Assembly (NCBI GenBank): GCA_000708835.1
Contig: DF237531.1
Location: 1 to 56,452, forward strand
Length of the DNA stretch: 56,452 nucleotides
Direction: 5' to 3'
Origin: Klebsormidium nitens
Taxonomy: Eukaryota > Plantae > Klebsormidiophyceae
How positions within the stretch are numbered: position 1 is the first letter of the stretch; every line of letters begins with the position of its first letter. The notes under the pieces were generated by a model. It was not told the DNA's origin and did not search any database. It worked only from the letters and a program-made list of their open reading frames with translations. Below, in pieces: positions 54,068 through 56,452 of the stretch. The position numbers were made by a program, and so were the translations under genes.

Positions 54068-56176
54068 TCACAGGTTAAGTTTTTGCTTAAGAGTATATTG
54101 GAAAATGAGTTCAAGGTCTTTCTTGTTACCCATGAGTCTCGGATTGTAAACCTGGGTGTTGAGAAAGCGGGAAAAGGTGAATATCAGTTCGTTTGTAGGA
54201 TAGTGTTTATACTTGATTAGATAAGCTGCAACTTCAGCAACGTTTTCGAAGAAGCCTTCCGAGTGTGTATTCAATCGGAAGAGCCGTACAATTTCTCCGT
54301 AGAAGGAAGAGATTGATTGAGCCCTGCAGACATTAGAGGCGACGTCAGGGAACCGGTTAACAAAGAAGTTGTAGTTTTCTCGTTTGTCATGAAGTGTGAC
54401 ATGTACGTTGCCCTGGAGGTCGACGTAGATCAAAGTGTCCAGCAACTTGCACTGCAAGATACGATCTGGATGTGGTTTTACTTTGTTAGGGATCAGTCGA
54501 ATGCCTGATTCTGGGGGATAGATGTCCTGGTACATGGTTTGGAAGTATTCAGCGTTTGCTGAGCCGAAGTCATCCATGTACCTGAAAATAGAGTATTGCA
54601 GAGAATGCCATGGGTACTTTTCGACCCATTTCCGTTCGTGCGCATGGCATGTGAGATTAGCGAGAAAACCGCTTGAGTGCCCTCCTTGGGGAATCCCGTT
54701 GACCTGATGGAAGAGAGCATTTCCTAAGCTGACGTAGGAATTCTTCACCAGGAATTCAAGTAGGTTTAGGATGTTCTGGATAGGATAAACCACACCTTTA
54801 CTGCAATATTCCTTTTCGCTAGGAAGAGATTTGGTGGTCGGGTCAAGGCCTGACTCAGAATCAAACCAGGTTCCGTTGTCTATGTTGTTGCCTAGACTGG
54901 TGTCGCCTATGGCTATGAAGAAAGAGTCTGCACCCACGATGTTGGCTGCCCGTATTATTTCTTCCTGAACTTGAGCTATTACGTTCTGCTGGTCCATTTT
55001 CTGGTACATTGAATCGATGTCCGATGAGAACATGTTGACCAGGCATTCAGGAAGTGAGAGAATAATATCAAGACTGTTTTCGACTATCCAATATTTTCGA
55101 ATCCTGGTTGCTTTGAATTCGGCTTCATGAAAAGTTCGAAGACTTTGCATGACGAGTGAAAGAGCTTCGGTGAGGATTCGTTGAGGGAGATTAAAAATGG
55201 AGCGATGGGTGGCGGCGACTGGCCGCCAGCCCATTGGAGTTTTATGTGGTTTAGGCAGCGTATAAAAGTACGGGACTTCATCTGTTTCGTTTCGGAGAAG
55301 CGCTTCCAGGTGAGTGTGATGAATTAAGCCTGAGATTTGGTTCGCGAGAGAGGCGACCAGATCGTCTTTTGAGGTGTTGAGTCGTGTATACTCTGGAGCG
55401 TTATGTAACGTGATGATACATTGCTTAATATAGAGATTTTTACAGATGACGTAGTAGTTTCCCCTGCATTTATCTGCTGGGAGGATTACATACTTCTGTA
55501 GGAACGAGTCTAGTTCTTGTTGATGTTCTGCAATTCTGCCGGGAGCTGGGAATAAGAGAGAGTTAAGGTTCATTTCCTTGTTCGTATTCTTCTGTAGCAA
55601 GTCTTTCACGTTGTCGTCAAAACGTGAGAGAAACTTTCTGATCCATCTGTGGGCATCAGGGTTTCGTTTACGGTTCACGAGCTCAGTGAAGGCATCTTTC
55701 AAGGCTTCCCGTGCCAGTTTGGAGTCTCCGTTTGTAGTCTCTCTAAACATTGGACCTCGTTTGAGCCTGTCTAGGATGGTTGGGTTCGAGATAATAGCTT
55801 CCAGGTTGCCACTTGCCAAGTGACCTTCAAAGCGAGATTCGTGAATATGTTCTTTCTGACAGTGACATGCTTCGGTGTAAGCATGAAACTGTGGGATTAT
55901 GTGATCTGTCCATAGGTTGAAGTCAACTCCGTCCAGAGTTGCTTTGTACTGTGATTGGTTAAGTTTTTGCGGTGGCTCAGGATAGAGCCATCTAATCTGA
56001 AGATTTTCATAAGGACATAGGTAATCTAACTCTGATTTGATCTTTCTGATGTCTATGAGATTGAACCATTGGTTTACAAACGGGACAAGTAACCATGGTG
56101 AGTTTGGATCGGTAGCTTTCCGATCCGACTGATAGTATAAGAGTTTATCTCTTTGAGTGCATTGAAACTTTTCCAT
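54068..56176 (-). CDS. Penelope-like reverse transcriptase, 702 aa, no endonuclease domain in this ORF
   Basis: RT motifs YTLPKPHK..MGWRPVAA, FSSDIDSMYQ, QVNGIPQGGHSSGFLANL and FRYMDD (54580-54569). PLE-like thumb LLDTLI..HDKR..RFP..S..GEIVRLFR..YP. N-terminal linker PFVNQ..LIDI..I, CHC (55867-55859) and GH.ASGNL.II.N..L.RGP.FRE, as in N-terminal-EN (Naiad/Chlamys) PLEs. Confidence 0.9.
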   Translation of the reverse strand: MEKFQCTQRDKLLYYQSDRKATDPNSPWLLVPFVNQWFNLIDIRKIKSELDYLCPYENLQIRWLYPEPPQKLNQSQYKATLDGVDFNLWTDHIIPQFHAYTEACHCQKEHIHESRFEGHLASGNLEAIISNPTILDRLKRGPMFRETTNGDSKLAREALKDAFTELVNRKRNPDAHRWIRKFLSRFDDNVKDLLQKNTNKEMNLNSLLFPAPGRIAEHQQELDSFLQKYVILPADKCRGNYYVICKNLYIKQCIITLHNAPEYTRLNTSKDDLVASLANQISGLIHHTHLEALLRNETDEVPYFYTLPKPHKTPMGWRPVAATHRSIFNLPQRILTEALSLVMQSLRTFHEAEFKATRIRKYWIVENSLDIILSLPECLVNMFSSDIDSMYQKMDQQNVIAQVQEEIIRAANIVGADSFFIAIGDTSLGNNIDNGTWFDSESGLDPTTKSLPSEKEYCSKGVVYPIQNILNLLEFLVKNSYVSLGNALFHQVNGIPQGGHSSGFLANLTCHAHERKWVEKYPWHSLQYSIFRYMDDFGSANAEYFQTMYQDIYPPESGIRLIPNKVKPHPDRILQCKLLDTLIYVDLQGNVHVTLHDKRENYNFFVNRFPDVASNVCRAQSISSFYGEIVRLFRLNTHSEGFFENVAEVAAYLIKYKHYPTNELIFTFSRFLNTQVYNPRLMGNKKDLELIFQYTLKQKLNL

Positions 56177-56452
56177 TGGATCAGCATGCTTTGAGAGAAG
56201 CAGAATTAATGTTCAAACCTTAGTGAGTAGGTTAGGACTAACCTCTTACTGAAGGCTGAGATCAGAGGAGAGTGACTGAGGTCTTCTTGTGATGAAGAAC
56301 TCTCCAGAAGATTCCCAGCAGTTTGGAGTCTTCGGCTGAGGTGGTAGACAGAGTCCAGGACAGTGAAGACTGTTGAGAGGAAGAGGGACTGCCGTCTATC
56401 TGAGGAGAGGTAGAAGCAACAAACAGTTAGGTTTCTGTTGTTGAGTGAAGAG

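Larger units (their letters stand above)
51215..56452 (-). mobile_element. Penelope-like retroelement (Naiad/Chlamys-type RT) with a second ORF encoding CCCH fingers and an HNH nuclease; both ends unresolved
   Basis: RT ORF 56176-54068 followed co-directionally by ORF2 54036-51273. Bounded by the N gap and the window end. Confidence 0.8.

Noticed and set aside
1-56452. tRNA, rRNA or snRNA genes
   Set aside because: No cloverleaf with T-loop/D-loop consensus and no rRNA-like sequence recognised by eye.

Overview
Intron-rich eukaryotic nuclear DNA. The style is streptophyte/green-algal and resembles Klebsormidium, but that is my inference. Host genes I could splice by hand: P5CS (+, 11 exons, first exon not found in the window), an atypical plant HSP70-8/Hsp70T-2-type gene (+, 6 exons), a signal-peptide-bearing acetamidase/formamidase-family gene (-, 11 exons) and an RNI-like LRR gene (-). 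Mobile and repetitive DNA: an intact 5-exon DDD/E transposase gene of unclear superfamily (38958-43519, -), MITE-like foldbacks, two decayed ORFs with CGA/CAG-type stops, and a tandem hairpin array beside a 468-N gap. Main candidate for a new system: a Penelope-like retroelement at the right end. Its RT is Naiad/Chlamys-type (CxC linker) but shows no GIY-YIG nuclease. It is followed, behind a clean 3' splice site, by a second ORF with a Pro-rich region, two CCCH fingers, a coiled coil and a phage/PacI-like DRxD-Y-N HNH nuclease. Second highlight: three of the four host genes carry tandem, decaying copies of their own exon-intron junctions (exon-edge echoes). Several 1-nt frameshifts lie in homopolymers and may be assembly errors. 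All family assignments come from motif recognition; no database search was run.
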